Assembly (NCBI GenBank): GCA_965644295.1
Contig: CBFFRP010000217.1
Span: forward strand, 372,001 to 436,000
Source: Paraphysomonas bandaiensis
Taxonomy: Eukaryota; Protista; Chrysophyceae
Length of the DNA: 64,000 nucleotides
Reading direction: 5' to 3'
Below, in pieces: positions 13,891 through 28,039 of this stretch. The notes below the pieces were generated by a model. It was not told the DNA's origin and did no database searches. It was given only the letters and a program-made list of their open reading frames with translations. The translations under genes and the position numbers were made by a program. Within the stretch, counting starts at the first letter, position 1; each line of letters starts with the position of its first letter.

Positions 13891-15213
13891 AAGAATGAGT
13901 GCAGTGAAGAATTTCAGAGTTGTCCGGAAGATATGTGTCAGGGGCAATGGTAGCTATTCTGTATCTTCGAGATGTTAGTATGTATGTCTTATTTTCAATA
14001 TATGACATCCATGGTTTGTGACGGTTATATCAACCATTACGGTTGGAGTGTAAACACTTTCATCAAAACAGAATAGGAAATTTTGTATCTAGAAAGAACT
14101 GGGAAAAGAATGTGAAATAGCATTTTGTGATAAATCGTAAATATACTTTTCACGACTATGTTTGGAGCGCTTGCCTTCAATTTTATGGCATTATAAAGAA
14201 TTGCTCTTAGACAGCATAACTCAACATACTGTACTAATATATTACGATAAAATGTCCAATTTATGAGTTCATAGCCGGAGTGGTAGAAATATGTGGATAG
14301 CGAGGTCTGAAATGCTTAAAACCCAATTATTATGGGAATGGGTTCCTTATAATATAAGCAATTTTAAAGCTCGAAATTTTTACCCTTGTTACAAAAATTC
14401 GACCTCCGAACGACAATGAATATTAATTTAAGCTTTTGAGAGTGCAGTATTGACTGATTGATATTGTAGGAGATATAGTAAAGTTATGATGTTGTAGCAC
14501 TGTGAGTTAGGAACCACGTCATTCACCAACATCAACATTCTGTTCTACAAATCGTATCTTTAACAGCTACTATATTTTCAGTTTCTTTGTATACTTGTAA
14601 TAGCTACTCCTATACTGTAGACATGTATATTCTGTATTTCATTGCTACATAGAATACAGGATAACTACTAGCGGTTGGCTTTTTACCAAACTTCAAGTAC
14701 GCACGTAGGAGTTGATTGTAGTTCAATAATGAATTATCGAAAATGTCAGTAAATAATTGAGCGAGTTCAACAAAATTTGATACCCTTCAGCCAACCTACT
14801 TAATGTGATTCGCTGAATTAAATATGTTAAACGATCTATGTCACAATGTTTATACTAAATGATATTAAATGTAAACTTACTACTTACTCAACGTTACATC
14901 TTTTACAACCCCACAAGTATTGTAACTATAATCCACTTCCGCCAAAAGTCTCAATGCTCTAATTTTAAAAAGTAAACGCGTAATTCCTTACGAGCTTTGT
15001 TCCTACTACAAACTTACTATCGTACGTATCTATCAATCTAGTATTATCGATGCGGGAAGGTTATCAACTTCCTATATGTATCAATATCATTCTTAGAATT
15101 TATAGGAAAATGCACAACTTGACTGCGTGTAAAGACAAGACGTTACAGCTTGAATAAACAGAAACATTTGCGGAACACGCGTGTTTCGGGAGCCCTTTCG
15201 GTAGAGGTGTCTT

Positions 15214-17389
15214 TCATTTTCTGCAGTAAAATAGAATGTATGCCTGCATACAAAGTTTAGGGGTTATTATGTAATATCGCTGTCACGATGTTGTCAATAC
15301 CTGTGATTTCGCAGAAAGAACATGGTTAGCACTGACTCGGCTGACAACTGAGTCATCTATGTGTCGCCACTGTATAAAGAATTGAAATGATCACACAATT
15401 TTATATATAAATGTGGCAGCGCTAACCGTATTATCTCTGCCTTGAGATAGACAGAAGGATGTGTAATGTCCCCCAGCAGCCTCTGGCCCGTGGTGAAGAA
15501 CTACAGCGTGGAGCTTGTATGCCAGCTGATGTTGGTAATTTACATTTTTATGAGTGTTGACAGGCTGAGAGTCCAGAGCGCTATACGACCCCGATACAGG
15601 GAAAGATGGTGGAGTTGGAACCGGGGTTGGTCGAGATACCTCCAGTGTATTTGCAAGATCAACGGAAAGGCAAGATGAAGGAATGTGAAGGACAGCTGGG
15701 TAAGCTACCTCTGCCTGGATCTGGGGGCACATAGCAATAAATCAGTTAATATAGGGCAATCAAATTAGCTTGTTCATATACCTTAGTGGTTCCTTTCTGT
15801 CTATCAAAAGCAAACCTTTTGAGGTTCAGTATCAGTACCTCTGGTGGAGTTTCAATGGATATCTTCTTGCGCATCTTGGCATCAGAGAGTGTCTGTATAT
15901 ATATTTTCAGTTCATATATTTCATCGTTAAAGCAGCAACCTCTTCCTCGAAGTATTTAACGAGCATGCTCTCCACAGAGCTTCCCAAGGATGAATTGGTA
16001 TACGGAGTTATGAAGTCGAGAGTAAGGCAATGAAACCTCTGAAATGTCACGCTGTTGGCCTTTTTCTTCGAAAATCTTACTTCCGACCTGCAAGTGTATA
16101 CAGTTGAAATAAGCATGTACCAACATAAGTAGGCGTCATAAAATGATGTCGACCAGGCCCCAGAGTAGCGTGTACCTGATAGTGCCGTGGAAAGTCTGGC
16201 TAATTGGAGAAGCGGCGTTCAACTGCCGAGCATTGAATCTGCCAGAGTGATCAATCTTCGCTGCACATCCGCCCTTCCCAACCTCTGCCCAACCATCATC
16301 ACTATCGCTGTGACCATTTATGGTGGTACCACTAGCTCTATCACCAGCTCCATAGTATGCGTCTGTACGTCGTCAACACAATCACATGCCATGATATACT
16401 ACATATCACCTGTAGAGTGCAGCTCCTCGTGTAGACAGTCCAATAAGTGAGTAAGAAACTCCATGGCATCTGCTTGGTAGGATGACTTTGGGGTGGACAC
16501 CCAGCCGTGACTATAACACCACATACAGGTCATCAAAAGTGCGTCAGAAAGCGTGATGGTCAAAAGTCGGATACCTAGTGTTTTGTTGGTGTTTAAACGT
16601 CTCTATAGTAGTTGTCATATGAGCTCCCGGGGCCACAGGAGGAAGACGTTTAGAAAAATCTCCTGTCACCACTGATGTTGACGACGTGCGGGGCTGTATG
16701 ACAGAGTCCGGGTCTGCCAGTGATTCGTCCAAGAGACTCATCAGGCCCTTCCAATGTGTCAACATAGGAGGCATAGAGCTGACAGGACAAACAGTAGAAA
16801 TTGCCCTGAGATACCTGTTTACATGTACCAAAAGTTGTAATAAGAAATTATTTTGACTATAAATATTGTACAAGGAATTCAATAGACGCAGTTCTCACCT
16901 AACAAATCTCGGTAGGCTTAGTACGGACTGCAGCACACAGTTGACATAGCAAGAGTTCCCCACGTTAATAAAGCCCCGACATATGGGTAGTGCCTCAGTA
17001 TCTCTATCGCACAATAACAATTACATTAGCAACTTCAACAAATCCTACGCTGTATGTTATGATACTCACGTGGCGCGTTGAGCAGATGATGTGTACATCT
17101 CATAGCACATCTGACAGTATTCATGCAGAGAGAGCACAGGAGTTGCAGGTGCACTATTGAGCACAGCATGATATCCATTTCTACATATCGATACATAAGC
17201 ATTATAAACATATGGTCAGTATGCGGTAGTCACATACCCCTTCTGCACTGTATCTGACACAGTCAACCTGCTGATATCAGGGACACTGCATTCCTCCCGA
17301 CACACACTTTCATTCCCTGCTAAGCTCTCTTGCTTCTTCTTCTTTGATTTACGTGATCTCTGCTTACGTTTCTTATGGTCATTATTCAT
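15214..17389 (-). CDS. Ubiquitin-specific protease (USP10/Ubp3-like), multi-exon
   Basis: Cys box RGFINVGNSCYVNCVLQ, His box VLHHG...GGHY, WRHIDD, terminal AYILFY. Confidence 0.85.
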
Positions 17390-17590
17390 CTTATCGACAC
17401 AATTGAACACTCAGTTAACAACACATTCCAATCCCTTCCTTCAAGTCCTCCCTACAGTCCTTCCATGCAACCCTTATAAGCTAATGACTATATCTATACA
17501 TACATACATACATATACGCATCAGACAAGAGTGAAGTTCTCCAATAGAATCAAAGCACTTTAGCATGATCATCTTCGTATAACTTTCATA

Positions 17591-17821
17591 GGGGCTTTTT
17601 AGCACCCGACTATAAAAATTTTAGCCCAAATTTTGCTGTGAAAAAATGTGAAATTTGATAATTTACTTTTTTACTGGTGTAAAAATGCAATTTTGTCATC
17701 TAAAAAAATATTATAGTGCATTTTTGTGTGACCTTTACTGTCTTGTCCTCCTCTCCCACAAGAAAAAGGCAAACGGAGTTGAGCAAAACGGCATTATTTA
17801 GCTCCAGTCCTAAAAATCCCC
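17591..17821. mobile_element. MITE with imperfect TIRs
   Basis: GGGGCTTTTTAG ... CTAAAAATCCCC, flanked by ATA on both sides, AT-rich interior. Confidence 0.55.
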
Positions 17822-17905
17822 ATATCCATGTACTGTACTCCTCTATGCTGCTGTACGTATAGAGTATATACGTTCATCTGTAATCATACAGCTGGGAAAT
17901 ACAGC

Positions 17906-18021
17906 TGTATGTATGTATGTATGTATGTATGTATGTATGTATGTATGTATGTATGTATGTATGTATGTATGTATGTATGTATGTATGTATGTATGTATGT
18001 ATGTATGTATGTATGTATGTA
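17906..18021. repeat. (TATG)n microsatellite, left flank of pogo
   Basis: Read directly. Confidence 0.95.
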
Positions 18022-20437
18022 CAGCGCATTCTCGATATATCGCGGTATGTATATCGCGATACCCTTTTATATCGCGGATTTTGGTCCAGGACACTTCATC
18101 ACACATAATTATAATGGAAAACTGAAATGTACTAATAAAGAACATTGTCCCTAATAGATATATGTAGATATATACATGAAAATACTGTGTCAGGAATTTT
18201 GAACAGGAAATATTGCTGCTTAATTACAAACATATTGAAAGTGTCAGTAAATATTACAGTATGTCAGGAAAAAGGAAATCACTGACTCTTGAAGTTCAAA
18301 AGCAATTATGTGAAAAGTGGCTTGGAAGTTCTCGTAGAAATTTTGGAGCATGGTGCAGGGCTAATGGAGTTAAAGACGCTACCATGCGCGGCTATCTTAA
18401 GGCATATGAAGCTGGTAAATACGATGTCATTGTAAATCCAGATGCTAAGCGACTGAAAATTTCCAATTATATTGAAGTTGAAAGAAGATTAGTGGAATAC
18501 ATCAACCTTAGACGCGCTCGTTATTCACGTGACAAGCTTGGTTTATCTTATCTTGTATTGCAAGCCAAATGCTTGGAGTTTGCTAAGTTTATGAGTCCTG
18601 AATTGCAAGAAGATTTTCGAGCATCTCCGGGTTTCATTCGAGGTGTTTTGAGACGCAATGGTATAAAGGCTGTAAATCTACAAGGGGAAGCAAATGAAAT
18701 GACAGACGAGGAAGCTGCAGAGGCGATAAAAGATTTCAAGAAGGAACTATCAGATGAAATTGAAAAGTATGACGTTCCACCGGAAAGAATTTTTAATGCT
18801 GATCAGACTGGGCTCTTTTATGGGAAATTGCCAAATCGAATGTATGTAAAGGAAGATGAAGCAAAAACAATTCGAGGTGTCAAACAGATGAAGGATAAAA
18901 GCAGACTCACATTAATGGTGTGCTTTGCAGTAGATGGGACCAAGGTTCCACTATCTTTTATAGGTAATCTTGCACTGTAAGATAAACGGATGTAATAACA
19001 TATGGTGCATAGGTAAACCAAAGCGACCACAATGTTGGGATGAGTGCGACAATAAGCCTCCAGCAGCGTACATGGACCAAGCGAATGCGTGGTTCGATGG
19101 TCCTATCACTTTGTGGTGGTTTAATAATGTTTTCTTGAAATGGTACAAAAGCCGTCATGGAGGCAAGCATTGCATTCTTCTTCTTGACAACTGTCCTGCT
19201 CATAACGTGCTAAATTTATCTCATGTTAAGCCTGACAACATTCATATTATGTACTTCCCTCCCAATCTCACCAACCGTAATCAACCTGCTGATATGGGCA
19301 TAATTGCGACTTTGAAGATTGGATATAAAGTTGTTCTACTTAATATATTATTGAGTATATGTGACAATGACAACACATATATCCGGGCGCGAGAGGCAGC
19401 AAAACGGAGGAGGAGAGGTTGTCGTGGTATGCACTATGCTGGCAAGCCAACTGTACTTGACGCAATGAATATTATGGTTGATATCTGGAACGGAGATCGC
19501 TATGCCAGTAAAGAATCATTGTTGCGCTGCTGGCGCAAAGCTGGAATCTTGCCACCTGTATTTCAGGCAAATATTGAACAAAGTGTGGGTCGTGCAGATA
19601 GACATTCTCAACCACTTGGTCAATGTGAATTAAATGAACTTTGTGATGCCATGAACAAGTTTTCATGTGCTGTATCCCAATTACAAGAAGTTCCGGTGGT
19701 TGCACAAAACTCATATGCCGACAGAACTAATGAAGAAACATTCGGGACATTATCCATTTGTCAAGTCCAGAATTGGATATTAGCTGAGGATGATACAGAT
19801 GTGAATGAGCTAGATATAGACGACTGTATCACTGCACTTCAGCAGTCAATGTCTGTACAGGACGAAGACGATGACGAGGATGATTGTATTAACACCAATG
19901 GAAATGATAGTGCTATTACTGCTGTGCAAGCCGACAATGCTGTTTTATTGTTACTCGATTATGCTTCCCAGGAGGGGCATTCAACAGCGCATATTGAGCT
20001 CCTCAGAAAAGTGCAGAATCATATTCATACAGAAAGGCACAAGAATCATTCTAAGGTACAAACTTCTCTGCATCAGTTTTTTTCAGCACGTACTAAAGGT
20101 TCTGAAGTCCATGAAATTTAATAATTTTATCTTATTGTTAGCTAGGAATGTAGTAAGTGTGTTAAGAAATTGAATACCATAAATTCCATAAATAATGATA
20201 TATTATTAGTAACTTACTTCACAAATTCTTTGCATGTGCCATTCAGTAAAAGGAGTACTATGCTATACAGACACGACATGGTGGATATATTGCACAGTCT
20301 TAAGCTCCTTAAACTTGTTCTCTATGACTTTGCGGAATACAGTGCTGTATTTTACTATTAAATTGTATATCGCTATATTGCGATATATCGCGATTTCCTC
20401 TCTAGGGCACTTATCGCGATATATCGAGAATGCGCTG
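18022..20437 (+). mobile_element. pogo/Tigger-family DNA transposon, full length
   Basis: Perfect 23-bp TIR CAGCGCATTCTCGATATATCGCG, TA on both flanks, subterminal ATATCGCG repeats. Confidence 0.95.
18261..20121 (+). CDS. pogo transposase (CENP-B-type HTH + DD34D), about 603 aa
   Basis: FNADQTG, LLLDNCPAH, NQPADMGII; a 49-nt GT-AG intron at 18964-19012 restores IGKPKRP in frame. Confidence 0.92.
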
Positions 20438-20693
20438 TATGTATGTATGTATGTATGTATGTATGTATGTATGTATGTATGTATGTATGTATGTATGTAT
20501 GTATGTATGTATGTATGTATGTATGTATGTATGTATGTATGTATGTATGTATGTATGTATGTATGTATGTATGTATGTATGTATGTATGTATGTATGTAT
20601 GTATGTATGTATGTATGTATGTATGTATGTATGTATGTATGTATGTATGTATGTATGTATGTATGCAATGGATGTATGTATGTGTGTATGTTG

Positions 20694-20725
<32 letters not shown>

Positions 20726-20885
20726 TGTATGTATGTATGTATGTATGTATGTATGTATGTATGTATGTATGTATGTATGTATGTATGTATGTATGTATGT
20801 ATGTATGTATGTATGTATGTATGTATGTATGTATGTATGCAATGGATGTATGTATGTGTGTATGTTGTATATGTATGTATGGATG
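20438..20885. repeat. (TATG)n microsatellite with internal duplication, right flank of pogo
   Basis: The interruption caatggatgtatgtatgtgtgtatgttgtatatg occurs at 20666 and 20840. Confidence 0.95.
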
Positions 20886-21037
20886 TAGGGCGTGTTGTAT
20901 GGTATTATTATCTAGAACAGATGCACAGCTGGATATTCAGAGCTAGCTCCCAACACATCTCACACACTTCACAGCCGTGTCCATTAAAATCACCTATAGA
21001 TATATATAATCCTCTGTTCCTCTTCTCCTATCCAATC

Positions 21038-23419
21038 ATGCAGGTTGCCAGACAATCTCTGACTCGACTGAGGCCCTCTCATGTACGAGGAATGGCGACT
21101 GAATTTGCTAAAAGCAGAAAATATAATGCTATTATCGTTCATAAGGTGCAGCTATCTTTGTGATATATGAATTGCGTTATTGGTAGTAGAATGGTAGGGA
21201 TATCCTCAAGGACACGTGGTATAATAAAGGGACAGCATTTTCAAGATCGGAGCGTGATCGTCTAGGGCTCCGGGGTTTACTCCCTCCTAGAAGGCTGACT
21301 ATAGAACAACAGCTCATGCGATGTATATTTTCATATAAAAGTGGATGTCGTGTCATGTGACGTATGTGTATCTAGTTCTTAAGCATTTCAGGGAGCCAGG
21401 TATGACTCCAATTGAGAAGTATCTAGCTCTGGTAGCACTTCAGGACCGAAACGAGACGTTATTCTACAAAGCTGTTATTGAAAATATACGCGAAATGGCT
21501 CCTATTGTGTATACACCGACAGGTACGATTCTGTAAAATTTATACGTCTGTAGTCATATATGTTTCTTTGTAGTGGGTATTGCCTGTCAGCACTACAGCT
21601 CAATATTCCGACAACCGCGGGGAATGTTCTTCTCTTTGGATGATCGGAAGGAATGCCTTCCAATAGTGTATAACTGGCCTTCTGATCACGTAGACATTAT
21701 TGTGGTGACAGACGGGTCGCGGATCCTTGGTTTGGGAGATCTGGGCGTACAAGGGATGGCTATCAGTGTAGGAAAGCTTGTCCTATACGTTGCTGCGGGT
21801 GGAATCAACCCAGTTCGTACTTTACCTGTGTGCATTGATGCTGGGAGTAAGTCACCTAAATTACTGTGTGTAAATAATCATATGGTTTAGTATGCACGAC
21901 TATAATGTGAACTTGTAATCCAAGTATATTAATATCTGTAAATGCAGCGAATAACATCAGTCTTCTGAATTCTCCTCTCTATGTCGGCACCCCTACCACG
22001 AGGGGAAATGACAAGGACTACTTTGAACTGCTGGATGAATTTATGGAGTCAGTGTACTACAGGTTTCGGAACTTCATCCGTATTCGCCTTGAATATTAAA
22101 CCGTCAATGTGATATGCTCAGGTGGCCAAACGTACTTGTTCAGTTCGAAGATTTTCAGAACGAAAGAGCGGTGGCACTTCTTAATAAGTATCGCAACAAG
22201 AGGCTATGTTTTAATGACGACATTCAAGGAACTGGGGCCGTCACTGTATCAGGTAGGTCAAGGTCAAGGCTACTACCCCTACGTCTATCCTCATGTATTC
22301 TGTTACCTTTCTTCGTGTAGGCATTATATGTACTCTCCGAGCACGCGGTCTTGAGTTTAAAGACCTCATTAACGATCGCATTGTGATTTTGGGGGCGGGT
22401 AGTGCGGGTATCGGCGTGGCAACTGCCCTTCTGAATTATATGGTCATTAGGTGCGGCGTTACTCACGAAGAGGCAGCCAAGCGTTTCTGGCTAGTGGACG
22501 ACAAGGGCTTGCTTACCAGAGCACGCGAGGGACAGGAGGATGAAGCCACCGGCAAGGGAAGACTCTTTCCAGGCCAAAAAAGTTACCTTCGCCCTGAGGT
22601 AGAGCAAGAGGGAGCACAATTGATGGAGGTGGTGCAGTCAATTAAGCCCACTATTCTGTTGGGTCTTAGCGGTGTTGGGGGACTCTTCACAGAGGAAATC
22701 TGCAGAGAGATGGGTAAACATAATAAGAAACCTGTCATTTTTGCTATGTCCAATCCATCGGATAATGCGGAATGCTCTGCTGAAACCGCATTTAGGTAAT
22801 TGGTGTTCAAAGCCTGTATGCGATAGATGTATATGTGAATTCTCTATTACGACTACTCACCAATTCAGTTAACATTGTATGTTTTACTGATATTGAATTA
22901 TCACAGAGCCACAGAGGGTAGAGCCATATTTGCAAGCGGTAGTCCCTTTGATGATGTTACTCTCCCTGATGGAAGAATTTGCAAGTCTAACCAAGCAAAC
23001 AACATGTTCATTTTCCCCGGACTCGGGCTGGGTGCGGTTCTCGGCTACTGCAAGGTGATTAGCGATGGAATGATTCTTTCCGCCTCTGAAGCGTTGGCGG
23101 AGCACTTGGATGAGGAGGAAGTTCGGCAGGGTATGGTCTACCCTGATGTGGAGACTATTCGAGATGTAAGTTTGTTTTTGTTACTATTTCTTTGCTGGAT
23201 GCTTTTATATAGTGCTGTTTCATCATGTAACGTTGCGATGTTGCACAGGTGTCTTTAGACATAGCAGTGGCGGTATTGCAACAAGCGCGTGAAGAGGACA
23301 ACATCGATGAACGCTTCATTGGAATGAGCACGAAAGAGTTGAGACAGTATGTCAAGGAACGCATGTACAATCCAGAGTATCCAACGGTGGTGTACCGTCC
23401 ACCTGGAATTGGAGAGTAG
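21038..23419 (+). CDS. Malic enzyme, probably mitochondrial, multi-exon
   Basis: [73 protein letters not shown]; Arg/Ser-rich N-terminus. Confidence 0.95.
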
Positions 23420-24061
23420 AACGGTGGGTCGTTGGAATACTTCTGTGCTTTGTGGCTTGGATGAAATACTTCACATTTCGAACATAGAGTGCCATAGGAC
23501 TATATATCAATGTATACAATGTCACTATGAAATTGCACTTTTTGTTTTCCGTTGTACATGATTTACTTTTAAAGTAAAAATTTTGATATTATTAACCCTT
23601 TCCCAAATTTTAAGGCCAACACACATCACAATGAAGAAAATCAATTTTCTTTGTCATCTTCCATTCTGCTATCGCTTCATAATTCGTAAGGACGCTCTCT
23701 TTCCTCTTTGTCTGTGTGGCTATCAGACTTCTATGCTGTAGTTGCTTTGTAGTACGACAATCCCATTGAAATTGAAACCATTTCTCAACGCTTTTATTAA
23801 ATGCTACCTATCGTTATATAATATCAGTATTCTGAGCAACACAACCTGGGTACAGTGCGGTGTAAGCAAGAGTCTGTTCAAACGAATAAAACGAGCAGCT
23901 ATAATGGAATAAGAAGTCATACCGATTGACTCCCTATCTATATTTGTTCAGTGTTTCAATTATTATAAATAAAACAATTATGTCAAATAAGTTATAAAGT
24001 TGACCGGTGGCACGGTAACTATCAACACCAGTAACTCGTTCTCATTCCTAATTACATACAA

Positions 24062-24770
24062 TCACGCTACGGTCAAATCATCATTGTAGTATATGTGAAG
24101 CGTGGGTATGTAATAGTCATCGCTCATTCCAAGTTCATAGAAAACTTCAGTCTCATCCTTGACTCCATTTTCGTCAAGAGTTTTGTTCATATTCATTGTC
24201 ACCATATCCTCTCCAATCAAAGCCTTCCACGTGTAGGACTTAGCGTGCCTATTATACTCCAAGTAGCGATCCAATATATCATTAACTGTCTCTTCCTCGC
24301 ACGTTTGAATGACATCTTCTTGGTGCGTAGTCATGTTTACAATCCGAACAAGGCGTTTCTTTTTCGTCAACTGTTAGACAACATTCGTAAGACAATGGCA
24401 TAACCTGTAAGAACATAGCAAAACTACCCACCCGTCCAATGATATAATTTTCATCTTTCCACCACGGCAACTCATAATTTGTGGACCACTCACATGGATC
24501 AGTTGGTGGAACGTGAATGAATCTCCCATTAGGGGTGTACGGCATCTCAATATTCCGATCAGGATCCATATATTTTCTAACATCGCCGGTCTTCTTATCA
24601 AACCAGTGTGATACTGACTTCCCAGCTTCTTTTATCAGAGGCTCAGCTAGAGTATTCCTATTCTCTTGAATCAATGACGTGATATCATAGACCCGATCAT
24701 ATATGGATACCCAACAGTCTTCCGCACAATTGTGCATCATCACCTCATCAGCTGTGTAATATCTCACCAT
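24062..24770 (-). CDS. CYB5D1: Cytochrome b5 domain-containing protein 1 (flagellar)
   Basis: HN..DCWVS, AGKSVSHWFD, TPNGRFIHVPP, PWWKD, RYLEYNRHAKSYTWK, C-terminal YYNDDLT; one intron. Confidence 0.85.
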
Positions 24771-25440
24771 ATTTCTGTCGTAACAAAAGATTACTATCAC
24801 TAGAGGAGGGAATAATAAACTAATTGCACGATGAAGTGAAGTTCTCTCCTGTTTATATTCTCTATCTGTGCACTCTCTAGTCGTCAGTGTTAAACTCCTC
24901 TGCAGCTAGTGTCTATATACACACATACACATACACTGAAACGAAACTGCCAATACAGCAGCAGCAGCACTATGGCTAGTATACGTATATACTACAGTAG
25001 CGTATACTTTATATGTAACCTGTTCTAACGGATATCACGACCGTGTATATGACTACTCCATGCATATACTATATAGTATTTTTTGGTGGTTGGTGTTGAG
25101 GATATGACTACACACCACTGCCTCTATGTCTACATACATATACATACCATACAACACTCACCCCTGCCTGTTGTTGTCTGCCCCTGTGCGTAGATCACCA
25201 TATACAATCCGTAGTAGGGAGGTCGCTATTTTTACATATAGAAATTCATGTAGAAGTATGCAAAGAAATTCAAATGTGACAATAAGACCGTGTGCACATT
25301 GGACAGTCGCCAAATCCCATACTACTTATATAACCCTATACAACATGAGCATCTTATATGCCTTCTTATCTCTTATTGGCGATACGTATTAGATTGATTT
25401 TACACTGTAGTAGGACTCAGATAGTGATCTGGTGAGAGTG

Positions 25441-27322
25441 ATGGAGCGCCCTCGTCGATCCAATAAAGTATCTGATTATAAAGTATTTGATTGGGAAATT
25501 CGACCTACTGAGAGTGTAAAATATAGTGAAATTATTAATTATGAAAGAGCAGGTGCTCGTGGAGAGCATCATTGTGTGATGTGTGGGTTAATCAAAGGGT
25601 CTCAGTGTGAGATACCCAACCAAAACAAAGATGTATGCAAGACATGTGACTCCGCTTATTGGTGTCTTGAAAATTCTAATATAATTGTAAAATTTTGTAA
25701 AGGTTCATTTTAAATACTTCTTTATATTGTTTTAATTTTTACTCTAAACATCAGGCTGCAAAAAGTTTTCACCACTGTGTGAGTTTGTTGACAAACCGGA
25801 GGCCTCAAAGTGTGCGAAGTGCCGCCATCGCGGGAGGCAGAACTACTATAGTAGGAAGAATTCCGATGGGGCAGGTCAAGGTTCAGAAAAACTACCTACG
25901 AAGAAACAGCAGCAACCACCGCCTGCGGCTAGGAAAGCGACCACCAGTCAGATTGCACAGGTTGTCCCAATTGCAAGTGCTGGTGCTTCCGCCGCTACCG
26001 CGAGTGTTGATGATGCCATAGTAAAATTCCCCGCGCCTAAACGAACTTCACCGCATCATATGGAAGGAGCATTTAGACGGCATGTAGGTTTGCATTCAAC
26101 AGTATCGGGGGCTGCTAACATTAGACACCCCGGAACCACTGAGAGTCTATCGCAAAGCATCGACAGCGTCGAATCAAGTAGCAGTAAGAACAGCAACCCT
26201 CGATCTAGTCTCACGAGTGAGAGCAGCCGGTCCTCCATATCATACTCTGCTCGTAGTACCAACAGCAACCAGAGTGTCGGCTCTGAGGATGATGCCTTCT
26301 TCCGATCCATGATGCAGCAGAGGCTAGGGGCTGATCCCACGCCGCCATTGCATCTCCATCATGGAAACACAAGCACTGATTTTCCCTTAATGGTGTCCCC
26401 TGGACTTAACAGTTCAGGGCAATCTCAAAATCATTCTCTGTCGGTACCCATTGCCATGGGAGCCAACAGTAGCTTTAATGTGTCTGACGCTAGCCTCAAT
26501 GCAACTGCTGTGCAGTTCAGTCCCCATTCTGCCCCTGCGCCTCAACAGACGCCAGCTACTTGGACATTGCCGGAGGACGTTACGGCTCCCCCTTGTCCAC
26601 CTACTCACACCAGTATGACTACCCCTGGGCAGCTGCCTCTCTTTGAGCCCTCGCCTATGGCCCCGCAGAGTACGAGTAGCAACCATTACCCACCTATAGA
26701 TGCTGGCCTGACCTGCGACATTACCCCACTCTCGTCTCTGTCTTCTCCGGGAAACTTGGAGGACGATGAGGATTCTCCTTGGCAGTGGGATCCATCCATG
26801 AATTCCTTAATGAATCTTGCAGCCCTCTCTGAATGCGTGCTCAGCTCAGGTTCAAGCTCTCCTCGACCAGGACCTTCTCCATTTTCCCCGGGGATGCGGA
26901 AAAGCACCAGTAGTAGCAAGAGCAGGTCGGGTAGTCGTGCAGGAAATACGTCCCAATCTCAGGGACACATATCACCTAGATCTGCGTCAGGTGATTTTGT
27001 CTCTATTGTACCTCGCCCCCACTCTGCACCGAAGGAGGTAGACATGCAGACCTCATCGAATGGACACAGTACCAAGAAACGCAAGCGTAGAAGCAGCACC
27101 AAGCCTTCACCGAGTGATATGTGTGATCCGTGTGGACATACGGATACAGAATCTGGAGGACAAACGGGTAGTAGAGTCGTAGAATGGAGGACGAGAGTAC
27201 GGTCGAGAAGAGTTGAAAAGGGAGCAGAGGACAACATACTACATGTCGCTATCGTAGATGCGAAGCGTCTCAGGGCATTGTCACCAGAAGCACCCACACC
27301 GCAATCACCGGGAGTGCACTAG
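25441..27322 (+). CDS. Cys-rich SBP-like zinc-finger protein with Ser/Pro-rich tail (putative transcription factor)
   Basis: Spliced (intron ~25703-25754) CVMC...CKTC...KFCKGCKKF...EF...KCAKCRHRGRQNYYSRK; basic KKRKRR. Confidence 0.6.
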
Positions 27323-27848
27323 CAGCAGTAAACGCTGTCAGTACGCATGGGAAGAGTTTTTGTAACTTTTAGATATACATAAGAGGAAAAGGAATCATAT
27401 TTTTAGTTTTCGTTTGTAGAAGCATGACGTTGTTCAGTTTTTATTGTGAATGGATCGCAGTAAACTATCAACGATGCTTGAGAATAGGCAAGGTAGAATA
27501 CTCATAGTGCGTATCGAGTATTGGAAAGTGGAGGGGCAGTTGGTGACTTGTGAATCTGATGCTGCACATTAGCTGCTATTGCTTTTAAGTTAAGATATTT
27601 CAATTATTTAATTCCCTCTGTTACTTCAAAATACAGTATCTAATTTTTAGTGTTTATGAATAATCAATGTATCGTCGTAAATGTCTATTATTTTTATGTA
27701 TGTTATAGTATTAATATGGCTATTACGCTAGGTCAGATATGTCGTAGGCAAAGAGTTTTAATAGAAGTAACATATCGTATACTCCGCTTCGCCGATACGA
27801 ATAATCAGACATATATCAGATAAGTTCATAGCTCATTAGTTTCGTCAT

Positions 27849-28039
27849 TGAACGGAAGTGGTTGCACCTTGGTGCTTGCGGCGACGCACAAGCAGCTTTC
27901 GTAGCGTTAAATAGTAGGATAAAAGAGTTTGTATTGATTAGTTACGGGTAGTGGTCTAACTAGTATGACTAGCATTCTTCTAGCCACTAATCGATGCAAG
28001 GTCTCAACGCCTATTGCTAAATAATCAGACATTCACTAC
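27849..28039 (+). mobile_element. 5'-truncated non-LTR/SINE-like insertion
   Basis: 12-bp TSD TAGTTTCGTCAT (27837-27848 and 28040-28051); shared tail TAAATAATCAGACATTCA. Confidence 0.85.

Noticed and set aside
18958-19015. Programmed frameshift or pseudogenisation of the transposase
   Set aside because: A canonical 49-nt GT-AG intron explains the frame change
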